Assembly: GCA_033442325.1 (NCBI GenBank)
Contig: JAWQFM010000016.1
Location: 130,097-194,096 of the forward strand
Source: Salpingoeca rosetta
Lineage: Eukaryota; Protista; Choanoflagellata
DNA length: 64,000 nucleotides
Reading direction: 5' to 3'
A program made the translations under genes and the position numbers. The notes below the pieces were generated by a model, which saw only the letters and a program-made list of their open reading frames with translations, had not been told where the DNA came from and made no database searches. Positions 22,087 to 39,111 of the stretch are shown here, one piece after another (position 1 is the stretch's first letter; the number at the start of each line of letters is the position of its first letter).

Positions 22087-24637
22087 ACAGCTTCCTTGGG
22101 GGTCAACGGGTGCTGTTGCGCCACAGGCTCGTGTTGTGGACACGCCCCGCAACACGTCTGGCACGCGTATTCCAGAGACCCACGTTGAATCGCTCGCGGT
22201 GCGTCACGTGTTATGTATGTGCGTGCTCGCATGCAGCTGCGTCTCACATTGTACCGTCTTTCACACCTCTTCTAGCCTAACACCAATCGTCATACACACG
22301 CCCATCGCCACAGACGTCTGCGTTCAACATGAGCCAGAGGTTGCGCGGGCTGACGCTGTCGGGTCCGGCGCTGCTCACGTCATGGAACAGCAAAGTCGTG
22401 CCGCGCTTTGCCCACCGCATCCCCATCAGGGAGCTGCACCCGTTTCTTGGTCAGTCGTTGATGGCTTTGCTGCATGTGCTGCGTGTGCTGCATGTGCTGC
22501 TGCTGTTGTGTTGTCCCACGCACACGTATTGTGGCCGCTGATTGACAGCTGTGCGTGCAAAGGCGTGTCATGCATCATATCACATGCTGCCTCTCTCCTT
22601 CCCTCGGTCGTCCTTTCGCTCACAACCATCCTATCATGCCACCCCGCTGCAACCCGTGCGTGCATGCATACAACGGCAACCACAACGTGCATGCAACCTG
22701 TGTCTTGTGCCATCTGCTGCAGTGGCGGCAAATGCACGACACGAGCACACGATTGCTTTTTTCTACCGTGAGCACTGCACCCACTCCCTCATGCGCGCAC
22801 CGCTCTTTGCCGCTGTGCAACCATTTGTTGCAAACGTCAACTACCTCTGGGTCGACGTCGGCGCGCCCTCAAACATGTCAGTCGTTGCGTGTTTGCTTGC
22901 TTGCACGCACGTGTATGCATTTGCATGTGTTTGGGCATGCGTTCGCATGCACGGTTACTCGCATGCACGTGCATGCTTGCATTTGCACCTGCTCACCGCA
23001 CTCCTTCCATATTCCTCCTTGTCGCGCCGCTGTCACGGCAGTCTGGACTGGAGGAGATACGAGCTGACACACACGCCGACAATTATCGTCTTCCGCAACA
23101 GCTCCGTCATGCACACGTTCCCAGACCCAACGTGCGTGTGTGTGATGTGCTTGTGCGTGTGTTAGTGTGTGTGATGTGCTTGTGCGTGTGTTAGTGTGTG
23201 TGTTTGTGTGTGTGTGTGTGCGTGTGTTGTCGATACATGAACCAGCGCGTCAAGAGAGAGAGATAGTGTGTGCGTGTGAGTGTACTGTGCAAATTGCTGT
23301 CTTTTGGTGTACACTCATCAACACCACTCGTGTTCACAGGACAACTGAGTTTGGGTCGCTGCTGTTTTTCATCATGAAACTGACTGGGGTCAGCGATGCG
23401 ATGGATGGACACATGGACCCGTCCTTTAGCTGTCCAATTCCAGACCACACGCACCCAATATGGAAGCCACTTCACCGCAGCGTCCAAGGTAATAACAGAG
23501 TCACAGCAACCCAGACACAAGGGCCAGACTGCACTTGCGAGTTTGTCTGTGCGAGTGCGTGCGTGTGCAAGTGCGTGTATGTGCGTGCGTGTGTGTACGT
23601 GTACGGCGACGTGTTCTTTTTTGCGTGTCGTCTCTTGACCCTCATCTCATGCGTGCTGGTTGTGCGTTGCCTCAGAGTTTCAAGATGCAATGGGCCTGCG
23701 CGACACACAGGCGGAAGAGCTGATGCTGGGCGATTTGCAGACATTCATCGACCTTGGTATCGTGTCGCTGCTGCTGCTGCTGCTGCTGTTGTCGCTGTTG
23801 TTGTTGTTGTCGTTGCTGTTGTTGTCGTTGTTGTTGTTTTCGTTGCTGCTGCTGCTGCTGTTGTTGTCGTTGTTGTTGTTGTCGTTGTTGTTGTTGCTGT
23901 TGTCGTTGTTGTTGTTTTCGTTGCTGCTGCTGCTGTTGTTGTTGTCGTTGTTGTTGTTGTCGTTGCTGCTGCTGCTGTTGTCGTTGTCGTTGCTGTTGTT
24001 GTCGTTGTTGTTGTCGCTGCTTTCTTCTCCCATCCCCAACATCCCCCCCAACAAGTCCCCAATCATGTACTCACCACCCCTCCCTACCACCAACCACCAC
24101 CCACCACCACCACCACCAGGCCTGCAGCTTGCAACGCGGGACTCGCGGCTGGACCTTGTGCTGAGGTACCTTGCCATCCTGGACCAGGTGCGCGTGTGGG
24201 AGGATGAGCACTCCTTCGACGACGCCGCCCTGTACGTGTCACGCTACTGTAGCGGCGGCACGTCGGCGATGCTTGCGGCGCTTGCGGTTGTGCTGGCGAT
24301 GCTGGTGACGCGGTACACGGCAGACCCTGTTGAAGAGCACCACCGACGACAGCGGCGCAGGGCAAGGAGGGCGATGATGGCGCGGCTTGGACGCATCCCG
24401 CCCCTGCTGCTCCAGAACCCGGGCCTTGCTCCTGCTGGTCCTGGTGCTGCTGGTGTTGGTGGTGTTGGTGTTGGTGGTCGTAATCAGGGGGAGCAGCAAC
24501 GGGTTGGGGGTGAGCAAGCCGAGCAAGGTGCAGAGGGTGCAGAGGGTGCAGAGGGTGCAGAGGACAGAGCAAGAAGGCGTGGAGAACAACAACAAGAGGA
24601 AGAGGAAGAAGCACAGCAGGTAGCACAAGCACAATAA
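21555..24637 (+). CDS. Type I membrane protein with CxxS thioredoxin-like domain (TXNDC15-like), 9 exons
   Basis: Signal peptide, then thioredoxin fold TIAFFYREHCTHSLMRAPLF...YLWVDV...RYELTHTPTIIVFRN...SLLFFIMKLTG (compare TXNDC15 FYTPWCRFS...LKIFIFNQTG). C-terminal TM segment MLAALAVVLAMLV followed by an Arg-rich stop-transfer. Confidence 0.72.
23764..24020. repeat. Compound (GTT/GCT/GTC)n trinucleotide tract in an intron
   Basis: About 85 triplets inside intron 23757-24119 of the TXNDC15-like gene. Confidence 0.92.
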
Positions 24638-24809
24638 ACTGAAATCAGTATTCTTGGTTGTGTAGACTTAATTCAGTCCCCAACCGTTGTGCGCACAGGA
24701 GAAGATGAGGACGAGGCGGTGCATCGCTTGTGGCTGTGGTGGCTGTGGTGGTGGTGGTTGTGGTGGTGGTGGTTGTGGTGGCTGCTGCTGTGCTGGGACA
24801 CCAGCGACA

Positions 24810-25557
24810 ATGAGGATAGGTGAGGCAAGGGTGAAGGGAAGGGTGAGGACAGAGGGGCAAAAGCAGGCAACGACAGATCACCACTTTTTTCACGTTCGCT
24901 GGTGGGCAGTGGCGGTTATTGCGCTCGTTGTTGTTGCCGCCTCGTTTGTTGCACCAACGACTGCGTCATCGCCCTCCATTGGCAACAACAACAACAGCAA
25001 GGATGGCACGAAGAACAAGAAAGAATGTGAGTTTGAGGGGCTGTGGCTGTGCGTTTGCGAAGGACCTTTTGACTTTGTGTGCACATTGTACTGTTTTGTG
25101 TGGCTGCTGTGCCAGTGTGTGAGCTGCGTGAGCGTGTCGTATGCCATGCTCACATTGTTGACGAAGCTCACGAACCAAGTTGTGTGTGCGTGCGCGTGTG
25201 TGTGTGCGTGTGTGTGTGTGTGCGATTGTGTGTGTGTGTGTGTGTGGTTGTGTACGCGGATGCGTGTGATTGTGTGTGTGTGTGTGACGTCCTTCAGTGA
25301 GCTGGATTCCGACGTCAGACACGTGTCGGCCAACGTACTTTGTTATGGGTGCCCGCAAAGGGGGATCGACCTCCTTGTATCACTACCTCAATGCCCATCC
25401 CAACATCAAGCCCTACAGCATGAGCCGTACGTTGCTGGATGTTGAGCGCTTGCGTCTGTGTCGACTGTGCACGTGTGCATGTGCGTGACTGTGTATGTGT
25501 GTGTGCATGTGCATGACTGTGTGCGTGTGCATGTGTGTGTATGTGTGTATGTGTGTG

Positions 25558-25592
<35 letters not shown>

Positions 25593-26213
25593 TGGCACGT
25601 TGCTGCCTTTGTTTGCCCACCCTCCCTGTCTCACGTCCTCGCCCCCTCCTCCGTCCCTCCCATGATCGCCTCTTTCGTCCCTCCTCATACGTATCCATGC
25701 TACCACGTGTGTCCCCTTCTCTTGCTCATACGCACACCACCCTCCCCCATGATGCCTGCTTACCAGGGCGGAAAACAGCGCCGTCTTATGGAGAGGTTCA
25801 CTTCTTGCACAAGGCGCATTATTCGCTCCAGCAATACAATAACAAGTTCCCCCACCTCAAGCCAGGTTCGTTGGGATGCGTGCACAGGTGGTGGACACAA
25901 GAATGCTTGCACTCAGCAGAGGCAGAGTGCGTGGGTCAACATTGGGGTGGGTGATGTGCACGCTCTTGCTCGCTGTTGACACCCATATGTATGTATGTGT
26001 GTGTGTGTACTGCACAGGTGAGATTACGGGTGAGTCTTCTGTGAGCACACTGGTGAGCTATGCTGCGCCAAACCACACGATGCACTTTTGCGGCCCCAAA
26101 GTCAAGTTCCTCGCCATCCTGCGCGAGCCGGTGGCTCGCATGCACTCCCAGGTGCGCGGTTGATTGTGTGAACGTATGCGCATGTGTGTGTGTGTGTGAA
26201 CGTATGCGCATGT

Positions 26214-26257
<44 letters not shown>

Positions 26258-26578
26258 TTTCATGTGCATGTGTGTGGGTTTTTTTTTGTGTGTGTGTGTG
26301 TGTTTGCTGCGCTGGCACCGTTGGCAGTGCACCTCCGTAACACCATGACCCGCCCCCCCCCCTTTGCAGTATCTGATGCGCATCCGCCTTGGATCACGGC
26401 TGAAGCCCACCGTTCCCTTCCGCACGTGGGCCATCAAGGAGGTGTGTGTGTGTGTGTGTGTGCACATGAGTGTGAATGCAGCGTTCCATGGCCTCTTCGC
26501 AAACACGCTTTTCGTTGCTGCCCGTTTGCAATTGACGGCTGAAAGATGACGTGATTCCACACTTGTGCACACGCCCGT

Positions 26579-26623
<45 letters not shown>

Positions 26624-27136
26624 ACACACCCACACATACACACACACACGTACACACATCCCGTCATCTGACAGCTGCAGCGGTTTGAGCAGCGCGTTAT
26701 TGCGTCTCCAAATTGGATCGACGGTTTCGAAGTCAAAGCACGTACGTGCACATCCGCATGAATGTGGGCTGTGATGCTCTTGTGTCGCTGTTGTGTGGTC
26801 GCTTCTGTTGTCATCATCAACACCAATGTATCGTTTGCCTCCACCTCGTTCACCAACACTCTCACCACCACCACCACCACCACTCAACCCCAGCGCTGTT
26901 TGGGCCGTCTGGCAACGGGTTGTATGAGGGGCTGTACTCGGTGCATCTCCGCCACTGGTTCAAGCGCTATCCGCGCGACCAGTTTCTGCTCTTCATCTAC
27001 GACCACTTTTTCAAGCACCCGTCAGGTGAGGGGGAGGAGTGCATACGGTGGTGCATGCATGTGTGCATGCGTTCCTGCGTCAACAGAGAAGGGGCAACAA
27101 GCATCGCCAATTGTTGACACACGAGTTCACACACAC

Positions 27137-27212
<76 letters not shown>

Positions 27213-27914
27213 GGCCACTTGAAAGAGGCGTATCGCTTTCTTGGAATGGATGACTCTGTTGTGCGGTGCAGAAAGGTCAGCATTGTGCTATGCTGCTGCT
27301 GCTGATGATGACGTTGATGATGTTGATGATGATGATGATGCTGTTGCACAACCTTCTTCTGTCATGTGTTGACGACATTTGTGCATGCATGCATGCATGT
27401 ATTCACTCATGCATGTACACTTCATGCATCCCCCCCTCGTGATGCGCGATTGCGCCATCATCACTGCAGGTGGTGCAGCGGCGGTTCAATACGGCGTCGG
27501 ATAACGTCCGCGTCAACTTCACAGAGTCGCACATCCATCAGGTGGGGACACTCACGCACACACATGCACACACACATGTGAACGCACTCGTTCATTACAT
27601 TCACACATACACATACACATACGCACACACACACGCGCGCGCGCACACACACACACACACGCACACACACACATGTGAACGCACTCACTCATCACACACA
27701 CACGCATACACATACATACACACATACATACATACACACACACACACACGCACACACACACACACACACGCACACACACACATGTGAACGCACTCACTCA
27801 TCACACACACACGCATACACATACATACACACATACATACATACATACATACATACATACATACATACATACACACTCACTCACACACACACACTCACTC
27901 ACACTCACACACAC

Positions 27915-28009
<95 letters not shown>

Positions 28010-28375
28010 GATGCGCACACGGACGCGCATCTGAAGAAGTTCTTTGAGCCATACAACCGGGACCTCGAGGCGCTACTGAACATCACGCTGCCGTCGTCGT
28101 GGTTTGCACTCGATGAAACGGCACTCCACCCGGATGGGTTGCAGCCGTTTGACCCGAACAAGCAGGATGATGATGACGATTATGAAGACGATGATGATGA
28201 CAGTTTGAAGCAGATACAGGCGCCCACAAGTGATGATGACGATGATGACAACAATGTTGGTGGTGGTGATGATGATTACGATGATGATGCTGCTGATGAC
28301 GATGATGCCAGCAGCAGAGGTCTCGTTCGCGGCCCGGGCGATGTTGATGACGACGATGATGATGGCGGTGCATAG
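24810..28375 (+). CDS. Heparan-sulfate 3-O/N-sulfotransferase-like (HS3ST/NDST-type) type II membrane protein, 10 exons; start uncertain (24705 possible)
   Basis: N-terminal [44 protein letters not shown] (5'-PSB), [27 protein letters not shown] (3'-PB), [31 protein letters not shown], then an Asp-rich tail. Confidence 0.93.
27574..27900. repeat. Three imperfect tandem copies of a ~100-bp CA-rich unit in an intron
   Basis: ACATGTGAACGCACTC recurs at ~27574, 27671 and 27780. Confidence 0.8.
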
Positions 28376-28972
28376 TTGCCAGCGTGTAGGACAGGGAGCA
28401 AGAGGGGAAGGGATGCGGGCTTGTATTGGTCGTGCGCATATGTGTGTGCGTGTGTGTGTATGCCATAGTTAACTGTCTTGCACGCATCATGTTGTGCACG
28501 CATTCATTCATGTGACGCATGTTATGCGCGAGTTCGGCGCGCGTGTACGTGTGCGTGTGTGCGAGGGTGGGTCGCTTGTCGTTACTTCTTTGTTTTTTTG
28601 CTGCTGTGCCCGTCTCTGTGCGCAACCATAATGAAATCAGATTCCTTGCGCATTGTCGTGAGTGAGTTGTGTACCGGTGTGCACAACACGTACGCCAGCA
28701 CCGTTTATTTGGGAACACGCACACGTGACGTGAAACCGGAATGTGCAATTGATGTGAATGGAAGGAGCGCCGAGGGAGAACGTGTTGTTGTGTCGTTGTT
28801 GTTGTTGGTTGGTTGTTGGCGGTGCGCGAGCGGTGTGATTGTGGCCGGGTGGTGGTCACGGTGCGTGTTCACATGCCATGCCATGCGTCGTATCATGCAA
28901 CACCCACCATGCGTTCCATCACCACGGAGCGCCTTGCATCATCACGCGCCACACCCACGCACCACACTGGCT

Positions 28973-31983
<3,011 letters not shown>

Positions 31984-32119
31984 ATTGCGTTGCTGTATGT
32001 GCGGTGGTTCGTTACAGAATAATTGTGCTGTCGGAGACCGTTTTTGTGCGAGGTCGCGGAATAGTAGTTCCTGCGACAAGCACAATCAGTACTTTGCACG
32101 CACGCACACACCAAGCAAG
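31984..32119. promoter_or_regulatory. 136-bp bidirectional promoter (p47 / RyR) with an inverted CGACA(A)GCACAAT motif pair
   Basis: ATTGTGCTGTCG at 32022-32033 and CGACAAGCACAAT at 32074-32086, each ~33-38 nt upstream of one ATG. Confidence 0.5.
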
Positions 32120-34064
32120 ATGGAGGGTGGTGGAGGAGAGAAGGCGCTGCAGACGGGCGACCTGGTGCAGCTGTCGTGCTGCAGTGGGCTGGCCACGGGG
32201 CTGCTCACGGGGGAGGCCTTTGGAAGCGATGCGTGCAGCCTGAAGCCGCTCGGCACGGCCGAGTATGACCCCTCGTCTTCCTCATCTTTGCCTCTGCAGC
32301 AACAGCAACTGCAGCAGCAGCAACAACAGGAGCAGGACCAGCAAACTCTCCTGAACAGCTCGACTTACTCGCTTGGACTGCTGGCCCCGACAGTGACTGT
32401 GGAGAACGAGCAGCGCTCACGCCATGCGAGCATGCGCGAACCGTCTCTCACCAGCCGCACGACTGGCCTGACGGCACGCGATCTCACCCAGCACCCCGAG
32501 GAGACGCCCATGGCCAGTGTCGGCGATGTCACCACCTGCACGTTTCAAGTCGTCATGGCGGTCTCTGCTCGTGGACTTCCGCAAATGTCCAGTGCGGCCT
32601 TCCAGGCCGGCACCAACAAGACCGTGCTTTACGGTCACGCAGTACAGGTGTGTAAGTGCGTGAGAGTGTGTGTGGGGCGGATGAGGTTGCAGGGGACGTG
32701 TTGCGGACATAAGCACGTGGACTGTGCACTCACATGCGTTTTGTGTTCCTTCATGTCCTCACATTGTGTGCGTGTGTGTGCGTGTGGGTGCGTGTGTGGG
32801 TGCGTGTGTGTGTGTGTGTGCATGTGCGTGTGTGTACGTGTGCGTGTGCGTGTCTTCACGTCCGTATGCGCGTGGCTGCATGTCGTCTTCTGCTTTCTGC
32901 GGTGGTGGATTAGTTGATGCACGTGGCCAGCCAGCGCTTGCTCGCATGCTTGCACACAGACGCGCCGACACAAGGCGATGGTGGACAGGGCCTCGGTGAG
33001 CAGCTGCTGTGCGTGCGTGCGCGTATGTGCGGCTATGTGAGTACACGTGCGTTTGCGTACGACCACCCCACTAACTGCACACGTCTCATGTATTCCCCCG
33101 CCTCGCGTTGTGTTGCACATTGTCCCATCGCAGCTCTGCGCGTTGGGCTGGTTGACCCTGGTGCCGCCGCAACCAGCAGTGCAAAGACGTGGTTCCGCGT
33201 CAAGTCCGCCACACACCAGCGCAGCGAGGGCGAGAAGGTGCGCGCGCGCGTGTGTATGTGTGTGTGTATGTGTGTGTATGTGTGTGTATGTGTATGTGTA
33301 TGTGTGTGTATGTGTGCATGTGTGTATGTGTGTATGTGTGCGTGTGTGTGAGTGCATGTGGGGGTTACGTACGTGTGTGTCGTGTGTTGTGGGCGGTGTA
33401 TCCGCTGGGTGATGCAGCAATGGCATGGATGACCCCGCGCGCGAATACAAGCACACGCGTGTGCTTCTTCCTTGTGGTTGCACATGGTCTGTGTCGCTTG
33501 TTTGTGTCATCATCACCCCCCTCCCAATCATGCACACCACTCCCGTCATCATCTGCATCATCTTGACGAGCGTGTACCCACCCTTTCGCGTCGCATTTGT
33601 CGCTCTGCTCAACCTGCAGGTGTGCATGGGAGACGAGGTGTATCTGGTGAGCGAACCGGAGCAGCGGTATGTGCGTGTGGAGCTCGGCCAGACCAGCATG
33701 CGCGTCGTCGCATCCTTCTACAAGACCTCGTGGTGCATCATCCCCTATCGTGCGCGCGCACATGCACCGGCCGTCACGCCGTCGCTCGTCGGGGATGATG
33801 TCGTGCAGTTGCGATCATTGCGCAGCAAAGGCGTCCTCGCCACCCCGGTGCGTTGGTGTGCATGTGTGTGTGTGTGTGTGCATGTGTGTGTGTGTGCATG
33901 TGTGTGTGTGCATGTGGGTGCATGTGTGGGTGCATGTGTGTGTTTGCTGTTTGCTGTGGGGATTCTTGTGCTTGGGAACACTGTCTTTCTCCGCTTGCAA
34001 GTGAAATTGCGCCTTTGTTGCTGAAGTCCTCATGGTTTGGTAACAGCAACAACAGCAAACACAG

Positions 34065-34140
<76 letters not shown>

Positions 34141-34622
34141 ACCACTTACCGACGTGTTGTGTGCTTGTGCGCGTTGCATTGCAGACCAACACGGTCAAAT
34201 GGCATCTTGCCCGCATGCGCCACGGCGGCGAAGGTGAGGGTGCGTGCGACATGAACTTTCTTTCCTTTGTCCGTTGTATGCACATGCTGTTTTCCATTCA
34301 CCTTCACTTGCCTGCTCACTATTGTCACCACTGCCACTTCAACAACATCATGATGGCAGATGCCACGGCCCACACGTTTGTGTCTTCTGTTGAAATCCTT
34401 CCGTCGGCACCAGAAGGACTGCGAGAGGTGACTGACCCTTTGCACTTGCACATCTTTTGGACGGCACACACAATCCTTCACAGCCGCTCCTACCGTGACT
34501 CGCGCCCACACGTCAGCGTGTGCACGCACACACACGAACACACATGCACATGTGTGCATGTGCATTGCCACCCGTCCCTTCACTCACGTCTGCACACACC
34601 CACCCACACACACACACACACA

Positions 34623-34688
<66 letters not shown>

Positions 34689-35100
34689 TCCGTGGTCTGG
34701 CAGGCACGAACGCTGTGGCGGGTGGAGAAGGTGGCGCCCTCGTGGCGCGGGTCCGCCGTCACCGCCGCAGACAAAATCAGGCTCAGGAGGTGCGGCATGT
34801 GTGTGTGTGTGTATGTGTGTCGCGTGTTGTAGTGCATGTGCTGTTCTCAAATTTGTCTGAATTCCTGTCCTTTTGACGTCCACCACCACCACCACTGCCA
34901 TGACACCACCACTGCCATGACACCACCACACCACCGCGACGACGACGACGAACACCGTCAGCCTTGCCACTGGCGAGTGCCTGATGTTGCAGGTCATGTC
35001 CTCCCAGACGGTGATGGTCGACGCGCCCTCAGATGATGATTATGACGACGACGATAGCACATCCACACAGCACCAACAGCAACACCAATCACAATCACGA

Positions 35101-35131
<31 letters not shown>

Positions 35132-38100
35132 GCGGGCTTGTTCGTGGCGAGACGATCAACCCACGCGCATCGCCAACCCCAACACCGCTGCCACGATCTA
35201 CATCGGCCTCCACAACGGCAACGCGGACCGGGAGCACCAGTGGACGCACCCTGTCAACATCATCAGCGCACCAACAGCAGCAGTCGCAACCGCAACGTCC
35301 GTTGCACCGAATGCTGGCAACAACAGCCAGCGGCAGCGGTAGTGGCAGTGGGAGTGGGAGTGGCAGCTCTCTTCAGGTTCCACGTCGCACCACCCCTGGT
35401 GTGACAGTTGGTGCTCCTGATGATGACGACGACGATGACGAGGATGATGATGACAACAGCAGAGGAGTTGAGACAAGGGGAAGGCAGCGCACGCGCAGCG
35501 TCGATGACAACAATGATGATGACGATGACGATGACAATCACGGCGACGACGGTGTAGATGATGGTCAGGAGCATCACGAGGACGAGCAGCACCCGCCCTA
35601 CCACGTGCGCTCCCGATCACAGCTCCAGGGCGCAACACACCCTGCCGCCTCCCGAAAGTCCATGTACCGCGGCCGCATTCGCTCACGCGTGCTCTCACCA
35701 CTCGCCCGACCAATTTCGGCATCAGCCGCTGGCAGTCGCTCGCCAAGCGTGACCTATCGCTTGCTGGCAACGCCGCGGCGATCAGCGAATGCGGTGCGAC
35801 CTCGAAGCGAGGAGGACTACATTGTCAGCGTGCCCCTGATTGAAGCGGAGCCTATGGAGATGATGGGCGAAGCTGACGTGCTTGATGGCAATGATGATGG
35901 TGATGACGGTGATGGCAGGGTGAGGGCGAGTGCCATTGCTGAGAGCTCGGCGCGTGCCCGTGACACCATCATTCCCTCCAACAGCAGCACTGTCCTGGAC
36001 ATTCTGCCAAAGAAGCCCATGATGCCAGTGCGTTCCGCATGTTGCGTTGGGTGTTTGTGTGTTTGTGTGTGTGGTTGTGTGTATATGCGTGTGTGTGCGT
36101 GTGTTTGTGTGTGAGTGTGTGTGTGTGCGTGTGACAGTGAGTGCGTGTGACAGTGTGTGCATGTGACTGTGACTGTGCATGTGTGTGGGCTGTGTGGTCC
36201 TGAGTAAGCGCGCCTGCGGGTGTGCGCACTCACGTGCCTACCTTTGACGATTTGACAGTGCTACTTTTTCATGTCTCCGACTCACTGTCTTCCCCTTTGT
36301 CCGTGTGTGCGTCCATGCTGTCGTTGGTTATGTTGCAGGGAAGCCACGTTGTGATTGGCGACACGAAGGTGCTGCTGCGCCACAATGCAACCGGCATTCT
36401 CGTCGACGTCACCCCAACAGCAAGCGATTCGGCGCAGGTGAGCTCGCGTGCACGCCATGCACCCACCATGTGCTTGAACATGTGCGATGACAATTTGCTC
36501 ACGTACAGTTCTCTACGTCCCGACGTGCAACAAAGCCGCACATTTACACACCACCACGCACTCACACACGGACACGTACTCCAACTACCGCATACGACTA
36601 ACATTGACACACATCCATGCACTCACGCAACTGCCCTGTCCCCTTGTCCATAATCCCCCGCCTCAATGCACTGTGTGCGCGTGTGCACACGACAGGCGGC
36701 CGCTGCTGGTGACGACGACGATACGCGCGTGCTCGTCATACCGCGGACGTCAGCGCACGTGGACGACGGGTTCCAGTTTGTTCGGCTGGAGGAGGTCATT
36801 GCTCGCGATGTTGCCGCCATCATCGCCGCACGCCAGCGCATGCTCTCGTTCCTCGCGGGGCTGTACGCCCGCCCGCAGGTTCGTTTCGGTGGATGAGCCA
36901 TTGGTTGGGTCGTGCGTGCATGTGTGTTTTTGTCATTACGTGTACCAAGATCATGTACCAAGATTCAGTGATTGCAGATTCAGTGATCACAGGAATCGAC
37001 CAAGCAAACAACCAACCATCCCACTGCTTCATGAGTTCACAATCACTGCCTAACACGCCAACCTGTTGTACTCTCTCCTTTCACCACCACCACCACCACC
37101 ACCACCACCACTGCGCGTGCGCGTGCTGCAGGTTGGCGCGGCGTCGGCGTCGGTCGTGTTTGCGTTCCGGCAGCTCATCATCCAGCTCCGCTCCTTCCTG
37201 TCACACGGTGCGACACAGAACAGTGCGAGGGGAGGTGAAGGAAGAGTGGTGCTCTTGTGGATGAGGTGGTGATGATGCCGTTGACGTTTGTATTTGGTGG
37301 TCTGATCTGTTCAAGCCTCTGTGTCAATTCATGAACGGACCAACGCAGTCGCTTGCTCGCTCGCTCGCCCGCTTGTGGCTCGGCATCAGTTCACACCACC
37401 CTTGCCTTTTCGTCTCGATGGTCTTGATTTTTTTTTTTTTTTTTGCCTGCAGGCAAAGCAGCGGTGCGGCGAATGCGACAGGACTATTTCCGCGTCGAAG
37501 GCCTCCTCGACCTCTCCATGGGTGTGTGGCTGTGATGTAACGCGTTCATACGCACAAACGCACGTGCCCGGTTACGTGCTGGCGTTTGGACGTGTGGTGC
37601 ATGGAGCGTGGCGCATGTCGCATTTGTGCTCATCTTCTTCTTCTCTGCTTGGGTCAATTACACCATTCGTACGAATCCCTCACCCCATCACCATTATCCC
37701 AACACCACCACCATCGTCGTCGTCTTTGTGGATGCAACATGCCAGAACTGCTGCGCTGTCCGCTCGAAGACCTCAACTTCTTCTCGCTGTCCGACCTCGC
37801 GCGCGTATGTCACACACACACACACACACTCACACAGACACAGACACAGACACACACAGACACACACACACACACAGACACAGGCATACAGACACACATA
37901 CACACGGGCACACACACACACAGAGACACATATACACACAGACAGACACTGACAGACACACAGACATACACACACAGACACACACAGACATACACGGACA
38001 CACACAGACACACACACAGACATACGCAGACACACACAGACACACACACAGACATACGCAGACACACACAGACAGACACACACTTACACACACACACACG

Positions 38101-39048
38101 TGACCTTATGTGCGGGATGTCCGACGCACGCGTGATGACGCCCAGATTGCCTCTCTTCACTTCATTTGGTATTCCACCCTCGTTCATCACCAGCCAACTT
38201 GCCCATGACGTGCGCGCAAACACCACCACAACGCGTTGTGTTATTTGTCTCTCTGTTTTGTCATCAGAAACCCGTGTTTCGGCCGTGGCGCAAGCTGTAC
38301 CAGTCGTGCTGTGCACTCCTACGCACAGCTGTTGAAGGCAACCCCAACAACTGCATCCCCTTCCTTTCCTCACACAGGTCTGGTGCACGGTGTGCACTTG
38401 TTGTTATTGGCGTGCCCACCTTTGCAGCTTGGTCCTAATCCGTATGACGAGATCACACACATGTCACTGCTGCCCTTCCTTTCTTGTGTTACATTATCGT
38501 GTGTTCTCAACATCATCCCCTGCCTCCTTTCCTTTCCTTTCGGTCTTCCTTCACCTTCGCCACCTAAACAGGCTCGACAAGTTAATCTCGTGGATGGGGC
38601 ATGCGCTTGGCGTGACGCGGCTTGTGTGCGCCGTGATCCAGAACAACCCAATCATCCAAACAAAGCTCAGCACACGTGCGTCTGTGGGTGGTTTTGTTCG
38701 TTGCGTGCTTGTCTGCACGTTGTGTTCGGATGCGTGTTGTGTGTGTGTATGCGTGTGTGAGTGAGAAGGGTGCCTGCGCCCACGCTTGACACCCTGACAT
38801 TCCTACTGACTTTTGGTTTTGCGTTGATCACACCGCACCGTCTGTGCACTTCTCAGTTCGCCTCAAGTCGTTTATCGACATTGTCAAGCAGTCGTCGTGC
38901 AACACCAAGGCAAGCAGCCAACCCGTGCAGGCAAATCAACTGCACCGCCAGCACACACCAGCAGCAATGAACACTGTTATCGCGACGGTGGCCACGCTTA
39001 CCAGCGTCACTTATCAACGCTACATACACACGTATACACCACACACAT

Positions 39049-39111
<63 letters not shown>

